Of a DNA stretch of 43,220 nucleotides, positions 1 to 8,582 are shown one piece after another. The DNA is from Rhodospirillaceae bacterium (GTDB lineage Bacteria; Pseudomonadota; Alphaproteobacteria; UBA828). Made by a program: the position numbers and the translations under genes. The stretch spans positions 8,664 to 51,883 of the forward strand of contig PBDG01000046.1 of NCBI GenBank assembly GCA_002717225.1. The letters run 5' to 3'. How positions within the stretch are numbered: position 1 is the first letter of the stretch; every line of letters begins with the position of its first letter. Below the pieces are notes generated by a model. The model did not search any database and had not been told where the DNA came from. It worked only from the letters and a program-made list of their open reading frames with translations.

Positions 1-2
1 GC

Positions 3-578
3 CAACTGCAATCAGAAGGCGGACGGATCGTCGCGGCGGATACGGACCAGGGCTGTTTCGACGCCGATGCCTATGTCATGAGCATCGGTGCATTTAGTCC
101 CCTTATCCTCAAGAAGATTGGAATTCGGGTGCCCATCTATCCGCTCAAGGGCTATTCAGTGACCATCCCAACGGCCGGCTATCACGGCACGCCGAAGGTG
201 GCCATACACGAGGGGTCCAGGCGAGTTGTCATGAGCCGCTTGGGTAACCGTCTGCGCGCTGCAGGTACGGCGGAGCTCACTGGCTATGACGACAGTATCT
301 CCCATACTCGAACTCAGGCGATCCTGGACGTTACCATGACGCTATTTCCCGAATGTGGCGATTCGGCCAAAGCCGAGCGTTGGGCCGGTTTCCGCCCGAT
401 GACGCCAGACTGTTTGCCAATCCTCGGGCGCACGCGTTACTCCAATCTTTATATGGACACTGGCCACGGCAGCACCGGTTGGACTTATGCTTGCGGTTCG
501 GGCCGGGTAATCGCCGACATAATTTCGGGGAAAAAACCCGAAATCGATCTTGGCGGTTTGACGGCGGACCGTTTCTGA
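3..578 (+). CDS. dadA: D-amino acid dehydrogenase (DadA/DAO family), 5'-truncated by the window edge
   Basis: The frame is open from position 3 (QLQSEGGRIVAADTDQG...). Motifs PIYPLKGYS, RLRAAGTAE, WAGFRPMTPD and TGHGSTGWTYACGSG are typical of the DadA C-terminal half. Confidence 0.8.
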   Translation, partial: QLQSEGGRIVAADTDQGCFDADAYVMSIGAFSPLILKKIGIRVPIYPLKGYSVTIPTAGYHGTPKVAIHEGSRRVVMSRLGNRLRAAGTAELTGYDDSISHTRTQAILDVTMTLFPECGDSAKAERWAGFRPMTPDCLPILGRTRYSNLYMDTGHGSTGWTYACGSGRVIADIISGKKPEIDLGGLTADRF

Positions 579-582
579 GCAA

Positions 583-1743
583 ATGCCCTGGGTCGATTTT
601 ATCTGGATTTACCTCGCTGCGGCAGGCGCCGCCATATGGCTTGGGATATTGCTCGCCCCCTGGCAATCTTGGCGCACCCGTGAGCGTCTGGAAGTTACCC
701 GCGCACATGAGGATCGTGATCTGAGTAACGTCACTGTGCTAATCCCAGCGCGCAATGAGGCAGATGTTATCGGCGACGTCATTACCGCGCTAGGCAGGCA
801 GGGTAGGGGACTTTCTATCATCCTTGTAGACGATCGCTCCGAGGATGGCACCGCCGAAATTGCGCGCTGTGATGTACCAGAAAATTGCGACCTAGAAATC
901 GTTTCCGGGACGGAGCTGCCACCGGGTTGGGTCGGAAAAATGTGGGCGCTGGAGCAAGGTCGTGAGCGCTTGACTCGGCCCTTAGTACTCCTCCTTGATG
1001 GCGATATTTCCCTCGTGCCCGGCACGTTATCTGCGCTTCTTGACGCCAAAAGGGAGAAGGGCGTTGTTTTTTTGTCTCTTTTAGCGGCGCTTGACATGCG
1101 CGGTTTCTGGCAGGCGTTGTTGATGCCGGCTTTCGTATATTTTTTCAAGCTGCTTTATCCTTTCTACCTTTCAAATGGTGGTGGACGACTGATCGCCGCT
1201 GCAGCGGGCGGTTGCATTTTGACAGAGCGAGATACCCTTGAGGGTATTGGTGGCTTCGCTAGCATCAAAGGCGCAATTATTGATGATTGTAGTCTGGCCC
1301 GGGCCGTCAAGCGCCAGGGTGGGCGAACTTGGATTGGTTTAACCCATGCGGTCACCAGTCTCCGGCCCTATGACGGGCTGGGTGCCATCTGGTTTATGGT
1401 TGCGCGCAGCGCCTTTACTCAATTGCGCCACTCTTTGCTTCTGCTTCTGCTTTGCACGCTTGTTTTTGCTCTTGCCTGCGCGCTGCCGTCAGTCATCCTC
1501 GTCGCCATTCCCGTGCTCGGTGCCAAGTTGATCGCAATCGCGGCGCTCCTATTTATGGTGGTGAGCTATCTGCCCACCCTTCGCTATTACAGTATTCACC
1601 CCCTGCTCGCCTTGACTATGCCGTTCATTGGTATGCTCTACCTCGCCATGACTTGGAAGTCTGCTTATGATTATTGGCGTGGGCGTCGAAGTTTATGGAA
1701 AGGTCGGGTATATTCTAGAAATCTAAAGAAAGTTAAGTCTTGA
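583..1743 (+). CDS. hpnB: Membrane glycosyltransferase family 2, hopene-associated HpnB-like
   Basis: N-terminal TM helix, VLIPARNEA, VDDRSEDGT, LPPGWVGKMWA, DGD, AAAGGCIL, IIDDCSLA, MVARSAFTQL, C-terminal TMs and WKGR ending are all HpnB-like. No other hpn genes lie in the window. Confidence 0.7.
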   Translation: MPWVDFIWIYLAAAGAAIWLGILLAPWQSWRTRERLEVTRAHEDRDLSNVTVLIPARNEADVIGDVITALGRQGRGLSIILVDDRSEDGTAEIARCDVPENCDLEIVSGTELPPGWVGKMWALEQGRERLTRPLVLLLDGDISLVPGTLSALLDAKREKGVVFLSLLAALDMRGFWQALLMPAFVYFFKLLYPFYLSNGGGRLIAAAAGGCILTERDTLEGIGGFASIKGAIIDDCSLARAVKRQGGRTWIGLTHAVTSLRPYDGLGAIWFMVARSAFTQLRHSLLLLLLCTLVFALACALPSVILVAIPVLGAKLIAIAALLFMVVSYLPTLRYYSIHPLLALTMPFIGMLYLAMTWKSAYDYWRGRRSLWKGRVYSRNLKKVKS

Positions 1744-2045
1744 GCAGCGATCTACAAAACGGCCAATTCATTCGTTTGAGCGAGACCGAGCGACCCGAAA
1801 TCACTATCTGTGTTGATGGTGTAGCAGTGAGGGCACTCTCAGGCGACACAGTGCTGACAGCGTTGCTTTTGGCGGGCATAAGGCTGCGCGATTTTGAGTT
1901 TGGCCCCGGATGGCGCGCCGGCTTTTGCTTGATGGGTGCGTGCCAGGATTGTTGGGTGCTCCAGGAAAATGGCGGTACGATCCGTGCTTGTACAAGCTAT
2001 GTCGCTGAAGGTATGCGCCTCTTGACGGGCCGTGACGCTGAATGA
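1740..2045 (+). CDS. 2Fe-2S small subunit of an HcnABC/opine-oxidase-type dehydrogenase (HcnA-like)
   Basis: GDTVLTALL, GFCLMGACQDCWV and RAC motif (Fer2_4). TTG start overlaps the upstream stop and the stop overlaps the next ATG (ATGA). Confidence 0.85.
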   Translation: MSSDLQNGQFIRLSETERPEITICVDGVAVRALSGDTVLTALLLAGIRLRDFEFGPGWRAGFCLMGACQDCWVLQENGGTIRACTSYVAEGMRLLTGRDAE

Positions 2046-3442
2046 GCGGCGAGCAAAACATACTAATTATAGGCGCCGGGCCGGCTGGGTCTCGCGCTGC
2101 TGAGGTGCTCGCTACACGTGGCCTCAAACCCGTGGTAGTGGACGAAGCGCCAGCGAGCGGCGGGCAAATTTATCGCCGCCAACCCGCAAGTTTTTGCCGC
2201 CCGGCGAAACTTCTATATGGCTTTGAGTCAGCCAAGGCCGAAGCGTTGCACCAGAGTTTCGATAATTTGCGTGACCTGGTTGACTACCGCCCCGATACGA
2301 GTGTTTGGTCAATAGAACACAATGTAGCTTTTACCTTCGGCCCCGATGGGGTCAGACGTGTCCCATTTACCGCGCTCTTGCTCTGCACCGGCGGGGTGGA
2401 TCGCGTGCTGCCAATGCCCGGCTGGACTCTGCCTGGTGCCTATACTCTTGGTGGTTCGCAGATTGCACTGAAAGCGCAAGGATGCGCCATCGGTAAGCGC
2501 ACTGCCTTTATCGGTAGTGGACCGCTGCTTTATCTAGTCGCCTATCAATACGCCCATGCCGGCGCGAAAGTAGCTGCAGTACTCGATACCGCTAAACTTG
2601 CTGATGCACTGCCAGTTCTTCCCGGCCTTTTCTCCGGCGGTAAGACCTTCTTCAAGGGTTTGTGGTATCAGAACTGGATTCGTCTGAACGGTTTGCATTT
2701 TAAGCGTGGCGTGAGGCCGATCTCAATCGAGGGTGATGTGCGGGTGAATGGCCTGCGCTATCGCATAGCCTCTGGCGCCGAGCAACGCGTCGACTGCGAC
2801 GCCGTGGCATTTGGCTGGGGAGTAAAGCCAGAATGCCAATTGGCTGAGCTTGCGGGCTGCGAGATGCGCTTTGACAGGATGGCCCGGCAATGGTTGCCCA
2901 AGAGCGATGCCGAAGGCCGCTCAAGCTTGGCGGGGGTCTATCTTGCTGGTGATGGTGCAGGGGTAATGGGCGCCGATGCAGCGGAATATCGAGGCGAGTT
3001 GGCGGCGCTCGCGCTCCTCGACGATATTGGCGAGGCTGTAAATACTAAGCGTCGGGAGACCCTCAAATCGCGCTTACGTCGTTTGCAGCGCTTCCGCGTC
3101 GCTCTTGAACGCGCGCTGCCTTATCCGGATGGCTGGGCGGCAACTCTACCGGACAATACTATTATCTGCCGTTGCGAGGGCGTAACGGCAGGTAATATCC
3201 GCCAGAGTCAGTCCTTTGATACGGAGGAGATCAATCGCGCCAAAGCATTTACGCGGGTCGGCATGGGGCGTTGCCAGGGGCGTATGTGTGGTATTGCGGC
3301 AGCGGAGATTCTAGCTCGTGAAAAGGGTATCCCCCTTTCCGAAGTCGGCCGCCTGCGGGGTCAGGCGCCTGTCAAGCCGCTTCACATTGGCATCGCTGGT
3401 AAAGCGGCACGCGACGACCCTGAACGGGCAGCGTCGATATGA
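2042..3442 (+). CDS. FAD/NAD(P)-binding oxidoreductase with C-terminal BFD-like 2Fe-2S domain (HcnB/OoxA-like)
   Basis: IIGAGPAG, GGQIYR, PGWTLPG, ICRCEGVT and TRVGMGRCQGRMC. Confidence 0.9.
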   Translation: MSGEQNILIIGAGPAGSRAAEVLATRGLKPVVVDEAPASGGQIYRRQPASFCRPAKLLYGFESAKAEALHQSFDNLRDLVDYRPDTSVWSIEHNVAFTFGPDGVRRVPFTALLLCTGGVDRVLPMPGWTLPGAYTLGGSQIALKAQGCAIGKRTAFIGSGPLLYLVAYQYAHAGAKVAAVLDTAKLADALPVLPGLFSGGKTFFKGLWYQNWIRLNGLHFKRGVRPISIEGDVRVNGLRYRIASGAEQRVDCDAVAFGWGVKPECQLAELAGCEMRFDRMARQWLPKSDAEGRSSLAGVYLAGDGAGVMGADAAEYRGELAALALLDDIGEAVNTKRRETLKSRLRRLQRFRVALERALPYPDGWAATLPDNTIICRCEGVTAGNIRQSQSFDTEEINRAKAFTRVGMGRCQGRMCGIAAAEILAREKGIPLSEVGRLRGQAPVKPLHIGIAGKAARDDPERAASI

Positions 3443-4548
3443 ACCGAATCGACACGGAAATTCTTATCATCGGAGGTGGCATCGTGGGCTGCTCTACGGC
3501 TCTTCATGTCGCGCTCAGAGACATACCGGTTGTGCTTTTGGAGAAGCGCCAGGTTGGCGCAACGGCTAGCGGTGTCAATTTTGGCGGCGTGCGACGCAAC
3601 GGCCGCGCCGTCGAAGAACTAGACCTTGCTGCGCGCGCCATAACCATCTGGCAACGCCTACCGGAGCTGGTAGGCAATGATTGTGAATATGCTGCAACCG
3701 GCCATCTCAAAGTGGCGCGTAACGATGAGGACATGGAGGCCATGGCGGCTCACGCAGAGGCGCAGGCAGTGTATGGCTTGAAAGTGGAGATGATCAGTCG
3801 TAATGCGCTCAAAGCGCTCTATCCTTGGTTCGGTGAGAGCGCCTATGGTGCCGCTTGGTGCAGCACGGATGGCCAAGCCAATCCGCGTTTGCTCGGTCCG
3901 TCCTTCGCCCGTGCAGCGCGTGCCGCTGGCGCCGATATTCGTGAGCATGAGCCGGTAGTAGAGGTCGAAAAAGAAGGAATTGGTTTTATCGTTCGCAGCG
4001 AAAACGGCCTCGAAGTGCGTGCGCATCAAGTAGTTAACGCCGCTGGCGCTTGGAGCGGGCGTGTTGCTGCTTGGTTCGGCGAAGAAGTCGAGTTATGGCC
4101 GATGATGCCACAGATGGTGGTGAGCGAACCGGTGCCCTATTTTATGGAACCGGCACTTGGCGTGGTGGGTGGAGATGTCTATGTGCGTCAGATCCCACGT
4201 GGAAACCTTATCTTCGGGGGGCGTAGCGGCACCGCTGATCTTGACGAAGGCTTTGGCCACGCCTTGTCTGAGGAGACGCTCTGCACGTTACAGCGCACGG
4301 CCAGGGTGATTCCCTGTATGGCGGATATCAACATCATCCGCTTGTGGTCCGGCGTCGAGGGTTGTACAACCGATCATCTCCCTGTGCTTGGGCCGAGTGC
4401 CACGACTCCTGGTGTACTACACGCTTTTGGCTTTAGTGGCCATGGCTTCTGCCTCGGCCCCGGTGTTGGCGCGGTGATGGCGGAATTGCTGCTAGACGGC
4501 AAAACCTCGACGGAAATCGCTGCTTTCGATATCAAGCGGTTTCAGTAG
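3439..4548 (+). CDS. FAD-dependent oxidoreductase, DAO family (HcnC/OoxB/SoxB-like)
   Basis: IIGGGIVG, ASGVNFGGVR, DGQANP and FGFSGHGFCLGP. ATGA overlap with the previous gene. Confidence 0.9.
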   Translation: MNRIDTEILIIGGGIVGCSTALHVALRDIPVVLLEKRQVGATASGVNFGGVRRNGRAVEELDLAARAITIWQRLPELVGNDCEYAATGHLKVARNDEDMEAMAAHAEAQAVYGLKVEMISRNALKALYPWFGESAYGAAWCSTDGQANPRLLGPSFARAARAAGADIREHEPVVEVEKEGIGFIVRSENGLEVRAHQVVNAAGAWSGRVAAWFGEEVELWPMMPQMVVSEPVPYFMEPALGVVGGDVYVRQIPRGNLIFGGRSGTADLDEGFGHALSEETLCTLQRTARVIPCMADINIIRLWSGVEGCTTDHLPVLGPSATTPGVLHAFGFSGHGFCLGPGVGAVMAELLLDGKTSTEIAAFDIKRFQ

Positions 4549-4630
4549 TGACTATCTCGGACCAAAGCTTCTGCATCTTCCTGATGACGAGGGCGAAGTT
4601 TGTTGCTTATGCTCCGAAGCCAATTAATTA

Positions 4631-5647
4631 TCAAATATTAATATCGAGAACCACATTGCCCATCTGTCTGGCAGTGTTGAGATAGCGCAGTGCTTCAACG
4701 CCCTCCGAGAGTGGGAAGGCGCGATCAATAATAGGGTGGATCTGGTGCTTCTCGCTGAAGGCGAGCATTTCCCGAAATTCGTCACGGCTACCCATGGTGG
4801 TACCAATAATGCTTTGCCAATGAAGAAAGAGACTGGCGAGGTCTACTTCGACCAAGCTGCCGGCGGTAGCACCGAACACCACAAGGCGGCCGCCATTCGC
4901 AAGTGCAGCTATGGATTGTTTCCAAGTCGCCTCACCAATTGTTTCGATGACGATATCGGCGCCACGTCCATTGGTGAAGTCGCGTACCACTTGACCCCAT
5001 GAGTCATCACTTGCTACGGCGAGATCGGCACCGAGTTTACGTGCAGTCTCGAGCTTCGTACTATCACGAGATGTGACAAGCACCTTGGCGCCAGCAGCCT
5101 TGGCAAAGAGCAGGGCTTGTGTTGCGGCGCCTCCGCCGATGCCGGGGATGGCAACTGTCTGTCCAGTTTGAAGTCGCCCTTCGGTGAAAAGCGCCCGGTA
5201 GGTGGTAATGCCGACGAGGCAGAGGGCGGCGGCCTCACGCCAGTCGAGAAAGGCGGGTTTTGGCTCCAACTGATGGCGACCGATAATGATATATTCGGCG
5301 AAAGTACCGTGATCCGGAAAGCCGAGAATTTTGTAGCCGACATTATATTCCCCTAGCGGCACCTCCTCGCGGCTTTCCCAATCCTGACTCGAATTGATCA
5401 CCACTTCGTCGCCTGGCGACATATCCGTCACGTCCAAACCGACTCGCTCAACGATACCGGCGCCGTCGGAGCCAAGAACACATGGCGGAGCAGCTGGCTC
5501 GGCACGCATGCAGGTCCAGATATCTCGGTGGTTGAGCGCTGCCGCTTTGAGTTTGACGCAAACTTTGCCCGGTCCGACATCGGCCAACACCATGTCTCGG
5601 TAACTGGCGCCGTCGAGGCCTTCTCCCTGGTGGACGATCGCTTTCAC
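4631..5647 (-). CDS. Medium-chain dehydrogenase/reductase (quinone oxidoreductase-like, zinc-binding dehydrogenase family)
   Basis: AAALNHRD, LGSDGAG, GTFAEY, PGIGGG and GTTMGS. Likely GTG start at 5647 with a GGGAGA RBS upstream, rather than the ORF-track start at 5806. Confidence 0.88.
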   Translation of the reverse strand: MKAIVHQGEGLDGASYRDMVLADVGPGKVCVKLKAAALNHRDIWTCMRAEPAAPPCVLGSDGAGIVERVGLDVTDMSPGDEVVINSSQDWESREEVPLGEYNVGYKILGFPDHGTFAEYIIIGRHQLEPKPAFLDWREAAALCLVGITTYRALFTEGRLQTGQTVAIPGIGGGAATQALLFAKAAGAKVLVTSRDSTKLETARKLGADLAVASDDSWGQVVRDFTNGRGADIVIETIGEATWKQSIAALANGGRLVVFGATAGSLVEVDLASLFLHWQSIIGTTMGSRDEFREMLAFSEKHQIHPIIDRAFPLSEGVEALRYLNTARQMGNVVLDINI

Positions 5648-5727
5648 TGTATTGTCTCCCGAATTTTCAGTTAGTTGGTTGCGGATTATAGTCGCGGGCT
5701 CAATTTTAGAAAAATATAGACACACTG

Positions 5728-6415
5728 GTGCCTCGAAAATTTTATGAATTGCAGGGGATGAACGATATTCATCCCAACCCCTATTGTTGGCCCATTCGCA
5801 TGGCACTAGTTCATCAAGGATTAGAAGATGAGTTTATCACCGTGCGATTTGGTAAAAAAATACGAGACCGCTTCCAGCGGCCGAAACAAGGTGCCAGCAT
5901 CGGTCGATGGCGGCCGAGTGATTCACGTTCATGGACGATCGCCTGTTCTCTGGAGGTATCTATCCAGACCGCCCAAGCCTATTTAGCTGTAGGACTGGGT
6001 GTGCCGGTGCGCATTCTGTCAATGAGTGGAGCGACCGTATCTCCTCTACAGGGATGCATCGTTTGCTCATGCCAGATATATATCAAAACGCCGCCGCTCC
6101 ATCGAGAAACGAATATTTCCGCACGACGCGTGAAAAATAGTTTGGAATAAATCTGGAAGAATTTTCCGACAGAAGCGAAAGCCGCTTAAAAGCCTTTCGT
6201 TGGAAGTTCGGGCCGGCGCGTTCTATGCTCGGAGAAAAATCGTGTCTCGCCGTGGCGAGCCAATATGTGGCGATCACGCTTTCTTTGGCACATGCAAATT
6301 CATGGAATTATGTGGCTCTTTGACTATATTTACTGAAGACGATCCAATATCTAAATGGTACGAGCGAATGGTTTGCCTTTTTGGCGATTACGGGTCCTCA
6401 AGCGGGGCGATTTGA
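5728..6415 (+). pseudogene. Degraded glutathione S-transferase (beta-etherase/LigE-like GST subfamily)
   Basis: Pieces lie in different frames: FYELQG..NPYCWPIRMAL / SGRNKVPASVDGGRVIH / SWTIACSLE / YPDRPSLF..EYFRTTREK*FG..LEEF / DHAFFG..DDPISKWYERM. At least 4 frameshifts plus an in-frame TAG at 6138-6140. Confidence 0.8.
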
Positions 6416-6440
6416 GTTATCAGGGAGCATGTGGGGAGCC

Positions 6441-7286
6441 ATGGCAGGGCAGGGTTCCAAGAATAGAGATTTTCAACTGCGTTTCTGGGGTGTGCGAGGC
6501 GGCATACCAACAACAAAAGAAGAAACATTCCGATTCGGTGGCAATACGCCCTGTGTAGAAGTCCATTGCGGGAATCACCTAATCATTCTTGAATGTGGCA
6601 CTGGAATTCGTCCGTTTGGTTCGGCACTCGACCAGTCGCGGCCAATTCATGCGGACATTTTCTTTTCCGTTAGCCGGTTTGATCACGCCTGCGGTCTTCC
6701 TTTTTTCAATGCGGCCTACAATCCGGCCAACGAATTCAAGGTGTGGGCAGGGCATCTCGGCAACGATGGCAGTATCCAACGGTATCTGACCAATCTTATG
6801 TCTTCGCCGCTCTTCCCAATCCAGCTCAGCTTTATTCGAGGTCTCAAGGAGTGGGGTGATTTCGTTGCTGGTGATAGTTTCGAGCTGCGCGATGGTATCA
6901 GCGTAAAGACAGCCACGATGAACAATCCGATCGGTGCAACCGGTTACCGAATCGAATATGCTGGCAAGGCGCTGGGCTATGTCAACAACACCGGGCACCA
7001 ACCGGACCAGCCGGACAAAAATGTGTTAGAACTGATCGAGAACTGCGATTTGGTAATTTATGATTCCTATTATTTCGGAGAAGAGTTCATTAACGCCGAA
7101 TTCACCGGCCATTCTACATGGCAGGAGGGCGTGCGTCTCTGCAAGATGGCGGGCGCCAAGCACATGGCCGCCTTTCAGCACCATCCGAATCATTTCGATG
7201 ATGCGTTAGAGGAGGTGCAGGGCTTACTCGAAACGCGTTTGCCAGGCTCTTGTGTAGCTTATGAAGGCCAGGTTATCAGGCTCTAA
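6441..7286 (+). CDS. Metallo-beta-lactamase-fold protein (RNase Z/phosphodiesterase-like subfamily) with degenerate metal ligands
   Basis: LRFWGVRG, GGNTPCVEV, GLPFF, GYRIE, GHST and AYEG are hallmarks of this subfamily. The HxHxDH motif reads VSRFDH. Start could be 6429 or 6441. Confidence 0.85.
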   Translation: MAGQGSKNRDFQLRFWGVRGGIPTTKEETFRFGGNTPCVEVHCGNHLIILECGTGIRPFGSALDQSRPIHADIFFSVSRFDHACGLPFFNAAYNPANEFKVWAGHLGNDGSIQRYLTNLMSSPLFPIQLSFIRGLKEWGDFVAGDSFELRDGISVKTATMNNPIGATGYRIEYAGKALGYVNNTGHQPDQPDKNVLELIENCDLVIYDSYYFGEEFINAEFTGHSTWQEGVRLCKMAGAKHMAAFQHHPNHFDDALEEVQGLLETRLPGSCVAYEGQVIRL

Positions 7287-7666
7287 CCGGCCAAGCGCTT
7301 ATTCAATAAAACAAGCCATCGTTTCACCCGCCGTTTATTGACACCAAAATCTTCCACACCGTAGCGCGCTTTGCTGGAGATCGTAAGCGTGGCGCGGCCA
7401 TCTTCGGTAGCGGCAACCTTGACCTCAATATAGTCGGGAAAACGCCATAAAGCGGTGCGCTGTACAAAGCACATTTTCAGTTCTTCGGGAGCTTCCGATT
7501 GCAGTATGGTACGGGGTTGGGAGAGCGCCACTTCCCGCAGAGCTGCATAAAGGTGTACTGGATTGCAATCGAATGGCGGAACCCTAAGATCTGGTGGGCC
7601 GGCACTTGTGTCTCTAAATGCGGCGATAAAAAGGTTGCGCGGGCGTGCCTCTGCCATTTTTCTCAT
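7283..7666 (-). CDS. DUF1499 domain protein
   Basis: FVQRTALWRFPDYIEV and SKARYGVEDFGVNKRRVKRWL match the DUF1499 C-terminal signature (SRxGxxDxGVNxxRV). Confidence 0.75.
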   Translation of the reverse strand: MRKMAEARPRNLFIAAFRDTSAGPPDLRVPPFDCNPVHLYAALREVALSQPRTILQSEAPEELKMCFVQRTALWRFPDYIEVKVAATEDGRATLTISSKARYGVEDFGVNKRRVKRWLVLLNKRLAG

Positions 7667-7706
7667 AAGAAGTAACTAGAACTTATCTGCTCAAATGGGG
7701 AGCAAA

Positions 7707-8579
7707 ATGTTTCAGGGGTTCGAAAGCAGGACAGTAGTTGCCGACGGCGTCGCCATTAATCTTGTGCAGGGTGGTGTGGGGCCACCTGTATTGCTATTGC
7801 ACGGCTATCCACAAACCCATGCAATGTGGCATGCAGTCGCACCGATACTGGCGCAGCATTTTACTGTGGTGGCGCCTGATCTCCGAGGCTATGGTGACAG
7901 CGCTAAGCCGGAGACGGATGAAGGTCATCTTGCCTATAGTAAGCGCGCCAGCGCTGGCGATCAGGCTACAATTATGACAGCTCTCGGATTCGAGAAATTC
8001 GCTCTTGTCGGTCATGATCGCGGCGGGCGTGTCGCTCACCGCCTGGCTCTCGATTTTCCGGACAGGGTACAGCGCCTAGCCCCAATTGATATCGTGCCCA
8101 CTTATAACGCCTTCGCCGAGACCGACAAGGAAAAGGCGATGAGCTACTATCATTGGTTTTTCCTTAGTCAGCCTTTCGATCTACCCGAGCGACTGATTGG
8201 TGTTGATCCGATTTATTTTCTCCATTGGTGTCTCAAAAGTTGGGGCACTGGAGACCTGGATTATTTTGCGCCCGACGCGCTCGCCGAATATGAGCGCTGC
8301 TTCGTCGATCCAGCGGTGATCCATGGCAGTTGTGAGGATTATCGCGCGAGTGCCACCATAGATCTTGAACACGATACGGAGGATCTTGAACGAAAGATTG
8401 CTTGTCCGACGCTCGCGCTCTGGGGCAACCGGCTCGAGAAATGGTACGATGATGTCAGTGAGATATGGCGAAATCGTGCTGACAACGTGACCGGCGGTGG
8501 CCTAAATGGCGGGCATTTTCTTCCCGAAGAGATGCCTGAGGAAATTGCCAGGGCACTATTTTTCTTTCTTCGAGTGTAG
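7707..8579 (+). CDS. Haloacetate/fluoroacetate dehalogenase-like alpha/beta hydrolase
   Basis: LLHGYPQT, DLRGYG, GHDRGGR (nucleophile Asp plus two Arg), IDIVP, YYHW, CEDYRA and GHFLPEE. ATG at 7707 follows a GGGAG RBS. Confidence 0.85.
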   Translation: MFQGFESRTVVADGVAINLVQGGVGPPVLLLHGYPQTHAMWHAVAPILAQHFTVVAPDLRGYGDSAKPETDEGHLAYSKRASAGDQATIMTALGFEKFALVGHDRGGRVAHRLALDFPDRVQRLAPIDIVPTYNAFAETDKEKAMSYYHWFFLSQPFDLPERLIGVDPIYFLHWCLKSWGTGDLDYFAPDALAEYERCFVDPAVIHGSCEDYRASATIDLEHDTEDLERKIACPTLALWGNRLEKWYDDVSEIWRNRADNVTGGGLNGGHFLPEEMPEEIARALFFFLRV

Positions 8580-8582
8580 GGT

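Noticed and set aside
1740-4548. Calling the operon hcnABC (cyanide synthase)
   Set aside because: The same architecture is shared by opine, D-hydroxyproline and other dye-linked dehydrogenases, so the substrate cannot be determined from motifs.
5648-5806. N-terminal extensions given by the ORF track (also 22144-22311, 35793-35918 and 37913-37987)
   Set aside because: Family homology and RBS placement begin at downstream starts, and most of the extensions overlap neighbouring genes.
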